This document shows, piece by piece, positions 10,279-19,913 of a stretch of 64,000 nucleotides of DNA. The notes below the pieces were generated by a model. That model was not told where the DNA came from and ran no database searches. It worked only from the letters and a program-made list of their open reading frames with translations. The DNA is taken from positions 10,079-74,078 of the forward strand of contig DUQV01000060.1 of the NCBI GenBank assembly GCA_012837605.1, given 5' to 3'. Position numbers and translations under genes: made by a program. The stretch comes from Clostridiales bacterium (GTDB lineage Bacteria; Bacillota; Clostridia; Lachnospirales; Lachnospiraceae). Numbering within the stretch: position 1 is the first letter of the stretch; every line of letters starts with the position of its first letter.

Positions 10279-11556
10279 CTATTCAGCTATTCTGGTTACA
10301 GCCACATAGATACCTGATATCCTGTACCAGGTTGGAAAATCCACAATCCCTGTCGCAGGCATGTTGAATATACTCTGAAAGACTCTTACCGCCTCTGCGG
10401 TTTGTTCATTATACTGACCTGTTACAGCAACTTTTGGAATTAGAGTGTAAGCGTTAGAGATGGCATTAAGCTGTTCCTGAATCATTCTTACATTACCATT
10501 ACTTGCCCCGATACTCAGGTTGTGCCCCGGCCACGAAGCGGGTACACCTGAAACTTGGGGGGCGGTATTTATAAAGATTGAGCTGCCGTAAAAATGTCTC
10601 AGTATCCTGATGGCATCAAATCCTTGATCCCCCAATTCTTTGGAGCCCCATTGAGTCATCCAATTAGGGCATTGAACCCTGTAGCCGTCACAATACTGGG
10701 TAAGTATGGGCTGTTTCACACCGGGTCTGGAAAGGTAATTTACGAATAAGGAATCTACAGCAAAGCTAATATTATCATATATATTTCTTCCTGCCATCCA
10801 TTTGTGGTCAAATGCAGTAGAGGAGGTAACGGTAAAATTAAATCCCTGATTTCGATACCATTCCGTAAATACTCTGTTTAAGGTAAAAGACAGTATGGCA
10901 AGTACATTGGCCTGTATGGTGGATTCGGGCCAAGTTGCATATATTTCACTCGATGCTACATTTTTGATATAGTCTCTGAATTTTACATAGTGATTGGCTG
11001 CAGATGTATCGGTAGGAGGACCGTCATGCACAACGATGAATTCGGGTATAACAACCTGGCGTAATACAATTTCACCGGTTTCGGCAGAGGGATTTATCTC
11101 GGGTTCGGCGATTTTGGGAGGATAATCGCCCCACAAGGTATGCGGTGGGATGACATATAGCGATCCTTGGGCATCCGGAACCAAAGCCTCTCTCATGGTT
11201 GCATCCTGTATGGAGAATACGTCTGCAAATATCTGTATATTAGAAATGGTTACCGGAGTATAATCCGGCTGAATGGCATGGATATTATATTCAGAATAGG
11301 GTTGTACTTCAGCCGGTTCAAGAGAATAGTCAACTGGTGGAGCAGAAAGCTCTATCTCCGGTGTAAGACCGGATATATCTGTTGTTAATTCTTCAAGAAC
11401 TACTGTTGGTTGAGCCGGCGATGATATTCTTACTGTTGCACCTTCAATTGGCGTCAAATTCGGAGTAACACAGTGTATCTGTAATCTTCCCAAGGATTGA
11501 GTTCCAAGCTCAACAGGATAGACTCTAATGCGCTTGCTTGAATTAGGTTCAGTCAT
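10279..11556 (-). CDS. sleC: SleC-like spore cortex-lytic enzyme with C-terminal peptidoglycan-binding domain
   Basis: VIPEFIVVHDGPP, YIKNVASSEIYATWP, FTLNRVFTEWYR, TQYCDG, QWGS; PG_binding_1-like tail. Confidence 0.8.
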   Translation of the reverse strand: MTEPNSSKRIRVYPVELGTQSLGRLQIHCVTPNLTPIEGATVRISSPAQPTVVLEELTTDISGLTPEIELSAPPVDYSLEPAEVQPYSEYNIHAIQPDYTPVTISNIQIFADVFSIQDATMREALVPDAQGSLYVIPPHTLWGDYPPKIAEPEINPSAETGEIVLRQVVIPEFIVVHDGPPTDTSAANHYVKFRDYIKNVASSEIYATWPESTIQANVLAILSFTLNRVFTEWYRNQGFNFTVTSSTAFDHKWMAGRNIYDNISFAVDSLFVNYLSRPGVKQPILTQYCDGYRVQCPNWMTQWGSKELGDQGFDAIRILRHFYGSSIFINTAPQVSGVPASWPGHNLSIGASNGNVRMIQEQLNAISNAYTLIPKVAVTGQYNEQTAEAVRVFQSIFNMPATGIVDFPTWYRISGIYVAVTRIAE

Positions 11557-11585
11557 GATAATACCTCAATAATTCATTTAATAAT

Positions 11586-11613
11586 AAAATATGATTAATA
11601 TTTAAATTGGTGC
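11586..11613 (-). promoter_or_regulatory. Putative sigma-K promoter of the sleC-like gene
   Basis: Minus strand GCAC-N16-CATATTTT matches the AC-N16-CATAnnnT consensus. Confidence 0.5.
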
Positions 11614-11651
11614 ATTAATATAAGAGGAGCACTTGCCCCTCTTATATTAAT
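11614..11651. terminator. Hairpin terminator after the Ig-domain gene
   Basis: ATTAATATAAGAGG...CCTCTTATATTAAT. Confidence 0.65.
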
Positions 11652-11682
11652 TATTCATACAATAGATTAAGTTATCGAAGTA

Positions 11683-12741
11683 TTACTGTGTTATGGTTCC
11701 GGTTACTATCTGTAATCTTTCCTCATACTTTTGCTTTAACTGCGCCAGATCGAATATAGAATTCAGGTAATTATCAAGCTTTTCTACAAGTGAAAGCTCT
11801 TTCTGTTCAATTGCAGACGATGGTTCAGCAGATTCTATATTATCTTTTGCACCGGGTTCAGACTCTACAGCATCAGCATCAGTCGCGGCAGCAGCTTTCT
11901 CTGTTTCCGAAGAAGTATCTGCCGACATAGCATTATAAGTGATCTGAGTCTCTTGAACCTCCGATGAACCGGTGTCTGAGTTTGTATTATCAGTCGGTGC
12001 TTCTAAAGTATTAAAGAATACAAATAATGCATTTGATAATTCAACCTCAGAAATCATGCTAAGTTCAGGATGAAGTGCAAAATATTCATTTAAAGGACCA
12101 ACTTCCTCCGGTTTAGTTACAATGACACTACAGGAAGAAAACTTTCGGCTGCCATCCTGATTAGTTGCATCAATTTCAGCAAATACATAGGTCATACCCG
12201 ACGCCCTGGCTGTTACACGACCTCCTGTACTAACAGTGGCTATCGTAGGATTTTTGCTTGAGAATTTAACCGCTTCAACAGTATTTACCGGTTTGATTAA
12301 TGCCTCTAACAGAAAGCTCTGATCTATTCCTATTATGATCCTTGAATGAATCAGTTTAACACTGAAAGCAGGCGGACCAATAGTAACATCACAGGTGAGC
12401 GAAGCAGAATTAAACCCTCGTCTGATTGTAGCTGTAACAGTAGTTGAACCTACTTTGTTACCGGTGATGGTACCATCCTCATTAACAGAAGCAATCTCAG
12501 GATTGGCGGATTTAAAGCTAACCTTAGCATCTTTATCAAGATTATATACTCTGAGTGTAAATGATTTACCGGTTGCCAGAGTAATAGATTTAAGGTTAAG
12601 CCGAGCCTCGCTATTTTTCTCCTTTTCAATTTCTGATGCCTGTGCTGTATGAACTGAAGCCGGCATAATATGTGGCATAAAAGTTAAGAAAAGAAGTAAG
12701 CCAAGGGAAATTAAGCATTTTAACATAAAATTCTTTTTCAT
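11683..12741 (-). CDS. Secreted protein with two bacterial Ig-like (Big_2) domains and an acidic tail
   Basis: Signal peptide; FKSANPEIASVNEDGTITG and FSSKNPTIATVSTGGRVTA repeats. Confidence 0.8.
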   Translation of the reverse strand: MKKNFMLKCLISLGLLLFLTFMPHIMPASVHTAQASEIEKEKNSEARLNLKSITLATGKSFTLRVYNLDKDAKVSFKSANPEIASVNEDGTITGNKVGSTTVTATIRRGFNSASLTCDVTIGPPAFSVKLIHSRIIIGIDQSFLLEALIKPVNTVEAVKFSSKNPTIATVSTGGRVTARASGMTYVFAEIDATNQDGSRKFSSCSVIVTKPEEVGPLNEYFALHPELSMISEVELSNALFVFFNTLEAPTDNTNSDTGSSEVQETQITYNAMSADTSSETEKAAAATDADAVESEPGAKDNIESAEPSSAIEQKELSLVEKLDNYLNSIFDLAQLKQKYEERLQIVTGTITQ

Positions 12742-13161
12742 GGCACTTCCTCCAAGTTATGGAAATACAATGTCACATCCTATTTATTATATACATACTT
12801 TAGCATGTGATTTTGTCAGAAAGGTGTCATAATCAACTTAAATTTTAATAATTTGTTAAATTCCCATGGGATAAAATGTAAAGATATTAAAGTTTTACTA
12901 CTTGTTTTTAGACGGACAGATAATATATAATAATATTGTATGCAAAGCAATCTTTCGATTCTTATTATAGCTTGTCCGATAAAAATCCGCAAGCAGGTAA
13001 GCAGTGCATTTTTTTGAGTACGCATACCGTAATAGGCGGACATGGTCTTTGGATATATACCGCTATTATTCTGAAACAAGATATTTATACATAGGAAAAG
13101 TATAAGTAATAATCTGTATACTAAAGAAATATAATAAGCACCAGTAAAGGAGGAAATCATT

Positions 13162-13857
13162 ATGCAGCATATCTTAATTGCAGACGATAATCGAGATATT
13201 ACAGATATTTTATCGACGTACTCCAAGATGGAAGGCTTTGAGCCGATAGTAGCAGCCGATGGCGAGGAAGCCATCCGATTATTTAATGAGTATAATCCCG
13301 ATGTGGTATTATTGGATGTTATGATGCCGAAGGAAGATGGATATGAGGTATGCAGAAAGATTAGGAGCAAATCAAATGTACCGGTAATCCTTATTACAGC
13401 CAGAGGTGAAGATTTCGATAAGATAATGGGTCTTGATATAGGAGCAGATGATTACATAGTAAAGCCATTCAGCCCCAGAGAGGTTATGGCAAGAGTAAGA
13501 GCCGTGCTTAGGAGAATGGCAAAATCAAACAAAGACAATTCTTCAGAAAATGTAGTTAAAATAAGTAATTTAGAGATAAATTTAGATGAATATACCTTAC
13601 ATATCGGTGGGAAGAAAATAGCTCTTACCAAAAAAGAAATCGAAACCATGTGGACACTGGCATCAAATCCAAACAAAGTATTTACAAGGGATAATCTTTT
13701 GGACAGCCTTTGGGGATTTGATTATTTTGGTGACAGCAGAACTGTGGATTCCCACATCAAGAGACTTCGTGCCAAGATAGATGCTGTGGAGCATCCGGAA
13801 TGGACTATCAAAACTATATGGGGTGTCGGATATAAGTTTGAAATAATAGAGAATTAA
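13162..13857 (+). CDS. OmpR/PhoB family response regulator
   Basis: ILIADD, LLDVMMP, GADDYIVKPF, RTVDSHIKRLR, TIWGVGYK. Confidence 0.95.
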   Translation: MQHILIADDNRDITDILSTYSKMEGFEPIVAADGEEAIRLFNEYNPDVVLLDVMMPKEDGYEVCRKIRSKSNVPVILITARGEDFDKIMGLDIGADDYIVKPFSPREVMARVRAVLRRMAKSNKDNSSENVVKISNLEINLDEYTLHIGGKKIALTKKEIETMWTLASNPNKVFTRDNLLDSLWGFDYFGDSRTVDSHIKRLRAKIDAVEHPEWTIKTIWGVGYKFEIIEN

Positions 13858-13892
13858 TTAGACAAGCGATAATGTAGAGGAGCTTATTAACT

Positions 13893-15377
13893 ATGGCAAA
13901 AGAAAACAAGGTTCGTGTTTATAACCGACTGTTTTTCAAGCTGTATATAAATTATGCAGTGATGTTACTCATGACTGCGGTTTTAATATGTCTGATTTTT
14001 ATTCAGTTATACAAGAATACGACCATGAAAAACGAGCGTGAAAAGCTAATGGAGCAGGCAGCAAACAGCTCGGAGATAATGACAACCAAATTTATAAATA
14101 CACAAAATTACACAGGATTTTTGGAGGAAATACACACTCAGCAAAAGACCATGGGATCGGACATCTGGACCATTTCAAACCCTTATGCAAGCATACCGAT
14201 GGATGAAAGAATGGAGACTAATTCTTTCGAGGAAATCTCTGTAGGATATAAAGAGTATGTGGATTTGGTTGAGGGAGCTTTTGAAAACAGAAGGGGATTT
14301 TCCATAGCTGATGATGAGATATATCAGACACAGACAATTACAGTAGCAGTTCCCATATACGGAGTTAATCGGGATGTGGCAGGTGCATTGCTGCTAAAAG
14401 CTCCTGTAAAGGGACTTGAGGATATTATTGATGACAGTTTGTCGCTGATTGTAATCAGTAGTGTTGTTGCTTTAGCGATTTCATTTATTATCATAATTAT
14501 TTTTGCCACAGAACTGTCTCTGCCGATTTCCAGGATGCGTTTGACCGCTCTGTCATTGGCGGCGGGAGATTATCATTCAAAGACGGGTATTTCGCGAAAC
14601 GATGAGATTGGTGACTTGGCAAAGACAGTGGATATCCTGTCAGAAAAACTGCTGGAAAACGAAATACAAAGAAAAAACCTTGAGCAAATGAGACTGGATT
14701 TCTTTGCGAATGTATCCCATGAGCTAAGAACGCCAATCACAGTGCTAAGAGCATATACAGAGTCTTTGATTGACGGTGTTGTAAAGGATGAAAAAAAGGT
14801 AAACCAATATTATGAGAGAATGCTTTTGGAATGTAAAAGTATGGAACGTTTGGTAGGAGACCTGATGCTGTTATCCAAGATGCAGAATCCGGATTTTGTC
14901 ATAGATATGGAGCCGGTTAATCTGGTTCAGGTCTTCGATGATATAATTCGAAGTGCGGGCACAATTGCCGAAAAGAAAAACATAAGTATTGAGATAGAAA
15001 AGGAACAGCCTGTTATAATGATGTTAGGTGACTATGACCGATTAAGACAGATGTTCATGATAATATTAGATAATGCCATAAAATTCTCAGATGAAAATAA
15101 AACAGTCCACATAAAATTATCAAAATCGGACAAAATAAGAGTAAGCATAAAGGATGAAGGCATTGGAATGGATGCCAATGAGTTGGAGAATATTTTCGAA
15201 AAGTTCTATAAATCGAACCTCAGTCAGAATGCATCAGGTACGGGGCTTGGACTGTCAATAGCCAAACAGATTGCAATTAAGCATAACGGACAAATCGAAG
15301 TAGATTCTTCATTGGGTGTCGGAAGTACATTTACTTTTATATTTTCACCGTATGATATGGATGATGCATCCCTGTAA
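13893..15377 (+). CDS. HAMP-domain sensor histidine kinase
   Basis: Two TM helices, HAMP (DEIGDLA), H-box VSHELRTP, N box DNAIKF, DEGIG, GTGLGL. Confidence 0.95.
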   Translation: MAKENKVRVYNRLFFKLYINYAVMLLMTAVLICLIFIQLYKNTTMKNEREKLMEQAANSSEIMTTKFINTQNYTGFLEEIHTQQKTMGSDIWTISNPYASIPMDERMETNSFEEISVGYKEYVDLVEGAFENRRGFSIADDEIYQTQTITVAVPIYGVNRDVAGALLLKAPVKGLEDIIDDSLSLIVISSVVALAISFIIIIIFATELSLPISRMRLTALSLAAGDYHSKTGISRNDEIGDLAKTVDILSEKLLENEIQRKNLEQMRLDFFANVSHELRTPITVLRAYTESLIDGVVKDEKKVNQYYERMLLECKSMERLVGDLMLLSKMQNPDFVIDMEPVNLVQVFDDIIRSAGTIAEKKNISIEIEKEQPVIMMLGDYDRLRQMFMIILDNAIKFSDENKTVHIKLSKSDKIRVSIKDEGIGMDANELENIFEKFYKSNLSQNASGTGLGLSIAKQIAIKHNGQIEVDSSLGVGSTFTFIFSPYDMDDASL

Positions 15378-15417
15378 AACGTCCCTGTAAATACCATCAA
15401 AAATTTGTATAAAAGCA

Positions 15418-15446
15418 TTGAAAAGCAATGAGAAATCCATTATAAT
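15418..15446 (+). promoter_or_regulatory. Sigma-A promoter of 6S RNA
   Basis: TTGAAA-N17-TATAAT. Confidence 0.7.
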
Positions 15447-15451
15447 ATAGT

Positions 15452-15636
15452 TAAAGAATTTCCTGAGATGTTCGATATTCCTGTTATTTTGAACCTACAT
15501 GATGTAATAAGGGAAACCTATATTTGTGAGTGGATGTCAGGCCGCCATTGACAGCGGAAGGCAGAAGCTTACATGCGGTTACCCACCTAGCTTGGCTAGG
15601 CGTCAAAATGCAGGAGACGGCATTTCGGGTTTACAC
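15452..15636 (+). ncRNA. ssrS: 6S RNA
   Basis: Closing stem CCTGAGATG...CATTTCGGG, TTGAACC and TACCCACCT...GCGTCAAAA motifs of Firmicutes 6S; own promoter and terminator. Confidence 0.8.
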
Positions 15637-15644
15637 TAAAGATG

Positions 15645-15667
15645 AAAGCGGCTTCGGCCGCTTTTTT
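15645..15667 (+). terminator. Rho-independent terminator of 6S RNA
   Basis: AAAGCGGC-TTCG-GCCGCTTTTTT. Confidence 0.9.
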
Positions 15668-15709
15668 GATTCTAATTTTTCGATATTGGATACAGCTGCT
15701 AATAAAACC

Positions 15710-15944
15710 ACAGAAAACGATTAAGTTTATTATGTAAATATATAAATAATACTTGTAATAATTGTGAATATAGTATATTATGTACTATGGTAAGTGAGTG
15801 AATGTTTACAATAAAAAAAGGCTCTAAATTATGAAAAATTATATTTAATAATTTTGTAACAACAAAATTCACAAAATATCTTGACATTTGATAATAAATA
15901 TAGGAATATTATATAATAACGGATATACAGAAAACGATTAAGTT
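15710..15944 (+). promoter_or_regulatory. Two identical 18-bp LacI-type operator candidates flanking the sugar ABC promoter
   Basis: ACAGAAAACGATTAAGTT at 15710-15727 and 15927-15944; TTGACA at 15881. Confidence 0.6.
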
Positions 15945-15998
15945 GTTAAACAGTATCGCTGAATTGTATATGCATGAATTACATAAGGGGGAAATAGA

Positions 15999-16913
15999 AT
16001 GAAAGGATTTCTACATAATACATGGAAGCATAGAGCACATTTTATTATGTGTATTCCGGTTTTATTGGTACTGCTCTTTTTCAGCTATATTCCAATGGCC
16101 GGAATGTCCATGGCATTTAAAAGATTTGATTTTAGCAAAGGAATCTGGGGCAGTCCATTTGTTGGTCTTGATAATTTTCAGTTCTTATTAGCCTCAGGCA
16201 AAACCTTTACGAGAATGACAGTGAATACATTGAAGTATTATGCGATATTTTTAATATTAGGCACCTCATTAAACATAGCGGTTGCTATTGCGATAGACCA
16301 ATTCGTATTTAAGCGTCTGGGAAAGACCTTTCAAAGCATAATGATTATTCCGGTATTTATTTCTTATGCGGCAGTACAGTTTATTGTGTATGCTTTCCTT
16401 GGCAACAACGGTATGGTTAATAATGTATTGCAATTTATGGGGCTTGAGCCTATCAGATGGTATATAAATGCAAAGTATTGGACGACAATTCTTACGGTTG
16501 TTAAGATGTGGAACGGTGTTGGTTATGGTTCGGTTCTTTTCATGTCGGTTTTGGCAGGAATTGATCAGGAGATGTATGAGGCAGCAAGGATTGACGGTGC
16601 TAACAAGAGGCAGCAGATATTTCATATAACATTGCCTTCTCTCATCCCTATGACTACTATTGTGATACTGCTTAGCGTAGGTGGAATTATGCGATCTGAT
16701 ACAGGCTTATTCTATCAGGTGACGAGAAACAGCGGTATCTTATATTCAACAACTCAAGTTATTGATTCGTATATACTGAATGCTTTAATGACAACTTCAG
16801 CTTATGGTTTTTCTGCTGCTGCAGCATTATATCAATCAGTAGTTGGTCTTGTGCTGATACTAATAGCCAATTATGTTGTCCGTAAGATCGAACCGGATAA
16901 TGCACTGTTTTAA
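15999..16913 (+). CDS. Carbohydrate ABC transporter permease (LplB-like)
   Basis: GIWGSPFVGLDNF, EAA loop YEAARIDGA, YQSVVG. Confidence 0.92.
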   Translation: MKGFLHNTWKHRAHFIMCIPVLLVLLFFSYIPMAGMSMAFKRFDFSKGIWGSPFVGLDNFQFLLASGKTFTRMTVNTLKYYAIFLILGTSLNIAVAIAIDQFVFKRLGKTFQSIMIIPVFISYAAVQFIVYAFLGNNGMVNNVLQFMGLEPIRWYINAKYWTTILTVVKMWNGVGYGSVLFMSVLAGIDQEMYEAARIDGANKRQQIFHITLPSLIPMTTIVILLSVGGIMRSDTGLFYQVTRNSGILYSTTQVIDSYILNALMTTSAYGFSAAAALYQSVVGLVLILIANYVVRKIEPDNALF

Positions 16914-16936
16914 AGTTGTAAGAAAGGAGTATAACA

Positions 16937-17869
16937 ATGCAAAATGTAATTAGTAGCAGAAGTATTATAAAGGTTAGGAAAAAGAAAAAGAAGGGTTTAG
17001 GTCAATACATATTAGCATTGATTTTGGGACTATATACATTGTTTTGCCTGATGCCTATACTGTTGGTAATTATTACTGCTTTTTCTGATGATAAGACTAT
17101 TGCTTCGAAGGGATATAGTTATTTCCCTGACAAATGGTCATTAGAGGGATTTAAATATGTATTCAAATATGGCAGGCAACTCTTTACCTCATATGGTGTG
17201 ACAATTTTTATTACTATTGTTGGAACATTCTTTGGATTATTTATAATGAGTATGTTTGCATTTGCATTGAGTCGAAGAGATTTTATGTTCAGAAAATTTT
17301 TATCAATGTATATATTAATACCCATGTTGTTCCCGGCTGGTCAGTTGGCCAACTATTTGGTATATACAAATTCCTATAAATTAAAGGATAGTCTGTTGCT
17401 GCTGATTATACCGCTGTCGGTCTCAACCATGAACATCATTATTTTACGAACATACATTCAAACAAGTATTCCGGATGAATTAATGGATTCAGCCCGAATA
17501 GACGGAGCGGGAGAGTATAGAACCTTCTTCCAGATAGTAGCACCGTTAATGAAGCCTGTGCTGGCTTCGGTGGGATTCATGATGGCCACGGCATATTGGA
17601 ATGATTGGCAGAATGCATTGCTATACATTGACACTGCTTCCAAGAATCCATTGCAATTACTCTTAATACGAATACAGAAAAACATTGAGTTCTTGCTCAA
17701 TAACAAGAATATTTCGGGTGCGGCATTAGCAGCTATTCAGCAGGGAATACCTGAATATTCTGCTACAATGGCGACAGTACTTACGGTTATAGGACCGATT
17801 ATGATAGCATATCCATTTTTCCAAAAGTATTTTATAAAGGGTCTTACCATAGGTTCTGTTAAGGGGTGA
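16937..17869 (+). CDS. Carbohydrate ABC transporter permease (LplC-like)
   Basis: DSARIDGAGE, YWNDW, YPFFQKYFIKGLTIGSVKG. Confidence 0.92.
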   Translation: MQNVISSRSIIKVRKKKKKGLGQYILALILGLYTLFCLMPILLVIITAFSDDKTIASKGYSYFPDKWSLEGFKYVFKYGRQLFTSYGVTIFITIVGTFFGLFIMSMFAFALSRRDFMFRKFLSMYILIPMLFPAGQLANYLVYTNSYKLKDSLLLLIIPLSVSTMNIIILRTYIQTSIPDELMDSARIDGAGEYRTFFQIVAPLMKPVLASVGFMMATAYWNDWQNALLYIDTASKNPLQLLLIRIQKNIEFLLNNKNISGAALAAIQQGIPEYSATMATVLTVIGPIMIAYPFFQKYFIKGLTIGSVKG

Positions 17870-18018
17870 TTTTCATGATGCTAAAGCACAATGCTAAGTA
17901 TAATGCATAGTAAAAGCAAAATGCAAAAGTAAAAGCTTAAGCTAAAGCTAAAGTATAATGCTTAGCTGGATGTTGAGCATCTGAGAATAAATAATTTTTA
18001 AGGGAGGATTATGAGAAA

Positions 18019-19560
18019 ATGAAGAAATTAAGTAAGAGACTTCTGGCACTATTGTTAGTAGCTGTTATGTTGATGGCTACAGGTTGTGGCAAGGGCGATG
18101 ATAAGCCGGCTGACAAGAAGGATCCTGGTGTTGAAAAAGAGAAGGACCAGCCTTCTTCTTCAGGCGACGAAGAATCAGGTGAAGTGGTTAAAATAACCGT
18201 CTACAGACCATGCTTCAATATCGCTCAGGTTGATGAAGCTCAGCTTAAGAAGGTTCAGGCTGCTATCAATGATTACATCCGCGACAAGATTAATGTTGAA
18301 GTAGAGATTTTTGACATCAGTAGTGGTGAGTTTCCTGATAAGTGTAATCTTGCTCTCGCTGGTGGTGAAGTAGACTTATTCTGGACATCTAACTGGGTAG
18401 GAACAGTAAATACCGATGAGTCAGTTAAGAACAATGCAGTTTATGATTTAACCGAATTACTTCCTCAGTATGATATTTATACTGCTATTCCGGAATGGAC
18501 TTGGGGAGCATCTGCATTTGATGGCAAGAACTATTTTATTCCTGTATACAAAGAGTCAGCAGAAGGCTACAGCCTGATGTTCCGTAAGGATCTGGTAGAC
18601 AAATACGGCTGGGATTTATCCACTGTAAAGTTCCTGCCGGATATCGAGCCTATGCTTGCAGACTGCAAGGCAGAAGGATTGAAGTATCCATATCTTAGCC
18701 AAAAGACACCTATGTTCTACAGATATTATCTCGATAAGTTTGACTTCTTCAGTGGAGATGCTTATCTGGCGGTTGATAAGGATAAGGATGAAGTAGTAAA
18801 TCCTATTTTATCTCCTGAGTTTAAGGAATTTGCAACTTTAATGGCTCAGTGGGCAGAAAAAGGTTACTTACATGAAGATGACCTGACAAAATCTACTACA
18901 GATACAACCATTCAGACCGATGATTGGGGAATTTCATGGTGGACCAATGTTCCTAACAATGAAGAGGCTGACAGCCGTTACAACCGTGCAGTTGAGATGG
19001 CTAAAGTTACTGAAAGTTGGGTTATGTCAAATACCACTTTGGGTTCCGCTTATGCTATCAGTGTAAAGGCAACTGAAGCAGAAGCTAGAGCTGCGCTTAA
19101 ATTCTTAAGCTTACTGTACACAGACCAGACTCTTGCTGATCTTTACACCTTCGGTATTGAAGGAGAAGACTATGAGAGAACTCCTGAAGGTACTGTTACA
19201 AAGCTGGTTGAGGTTAATAAGTACAATCACAGTGCTTGGGAGTCAACATCTGTTACAGTTCTCTCATTAGAGACCGGTGAACCTGCAGATAAAGTTGACC
19301 TTTACAAAGCCTTCAATGATAGTGCTCAGAGCTCAAAAGCAGCTGGATTTAGATTTAACAGAATTAATGTAGATGCTATAATGACAGCTTGTGATCAGGT
19401 ATTTGAAGAGTATGGATTTGCTCTTGAGCATGGTGGTCATGCGGTTGCTGATATCGATGCTGCTATAGAAAGTTATGTACAGGCACTTAATGATGCTGGA
19501 TATCAAGAACTCCTTGCAGAAGCTCAGAGCCAGTATGAAGCTTGGAAAACTACAAGATAA
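18019..19560 (+). CDS. Carbohydrate ABC transporter substrate-binding lipoprotein (LplA/DUF3502-like)
   Basis: Lipobox ATGC; DGKNYFIP, FRKDLVDKYG, FGIEGEDY, EAQSQYEAW. Confidence 0.88.
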   Translation: MKKLSKRLLALLLVAVMLMATGCGKGDDKPADKKDPGVEKEKDQPSSSGDEESGEVVKITVYRPCFNIAQVDEAQLKKVQAAINDYIRDKINVEVEIFDISSGEFPDKCNLALAGGEVDLFWTSNWVGTVNTDESVKNNAVYDLTELLPQYDIYTAIPEWTWGASAFDGKNYFIPVYKESAEGYSLMFRKDLVDKYGWDLSTVKFLPDIEPMLADCKAEGLKYPYLSQKTPMFYRYYLDKFDFFSGDAYLAVDKDKDEVVNPILSPEFKEFATLMAQWAEKGYLHEDDLTKSTTDTTIQTDDWGISWWTNVPNNEEADSRYNRAVEMAKVTESWVMSNTTLGSAYAISVKATEAEARAALKFLSLLYTDQTLADLYTFGIEGEDYERTPEGTVTKLVEVNKYNHSAWESTSVTVLSLETGEPADKVDLYKAFNDSAQSSKAAGFRFNRINVDAIMTACDQVFEEYGFALEHGGHAVADIDAAIESYVQALNDAGYQELLAEAQSQYEAWKTTR

Positions 19561-19622
19561 TTACTACAAGATAATTACTTGCTGAGATTTTAATATCAAT
19601 ATAATAACATGATATAAGAAGC

Positions 19623-19658
19623 GGCTGTTTCATAAATTATGAGACAGCCCTTTCTTTT
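19623..19658 (+). terminator. Rho-independent terminator
   Basis: GGCTGTTTCATAA-A-TTATGAGACAGCC then T-rich tail. Confidence 0.7.
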
Positions 19659-19913
19659 ACAACATAGTGCTTGTGTTTTAATGATTATAAATTTATAATA
19701 TTGTTAAACATGTGTTTATATGCAACTACTAAAATATAATTTATGTCCGGTTATATTAGTCCCTACTTTATAAATTATATTTTTACTTTACACATAAAGT
19801 ATTTCTTAATAAATAAAGTTTACTTTATATTAACAGTTTAAAATAAATAAGAAATCCGAAACTCAAAAGATTAGGTTTTGACTAAGTATATTAGTCTAGG
19901 AAATGGAGCAGTT

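Noticed and set aside
12816-13370. 184-aa minus-strand ORF
   Set aside because: Partly antisense to the response regulator; no RBS or recognisable motifs
15530-15724. 64-aa ORF
   Set aside because: Overlaps the 6S RNA and its terminator; no RBS
15853-15874. Rex-like site TTGTAAC...TTCACAA
   Set aside because: Half-site spacing is longer than the Rex consensus
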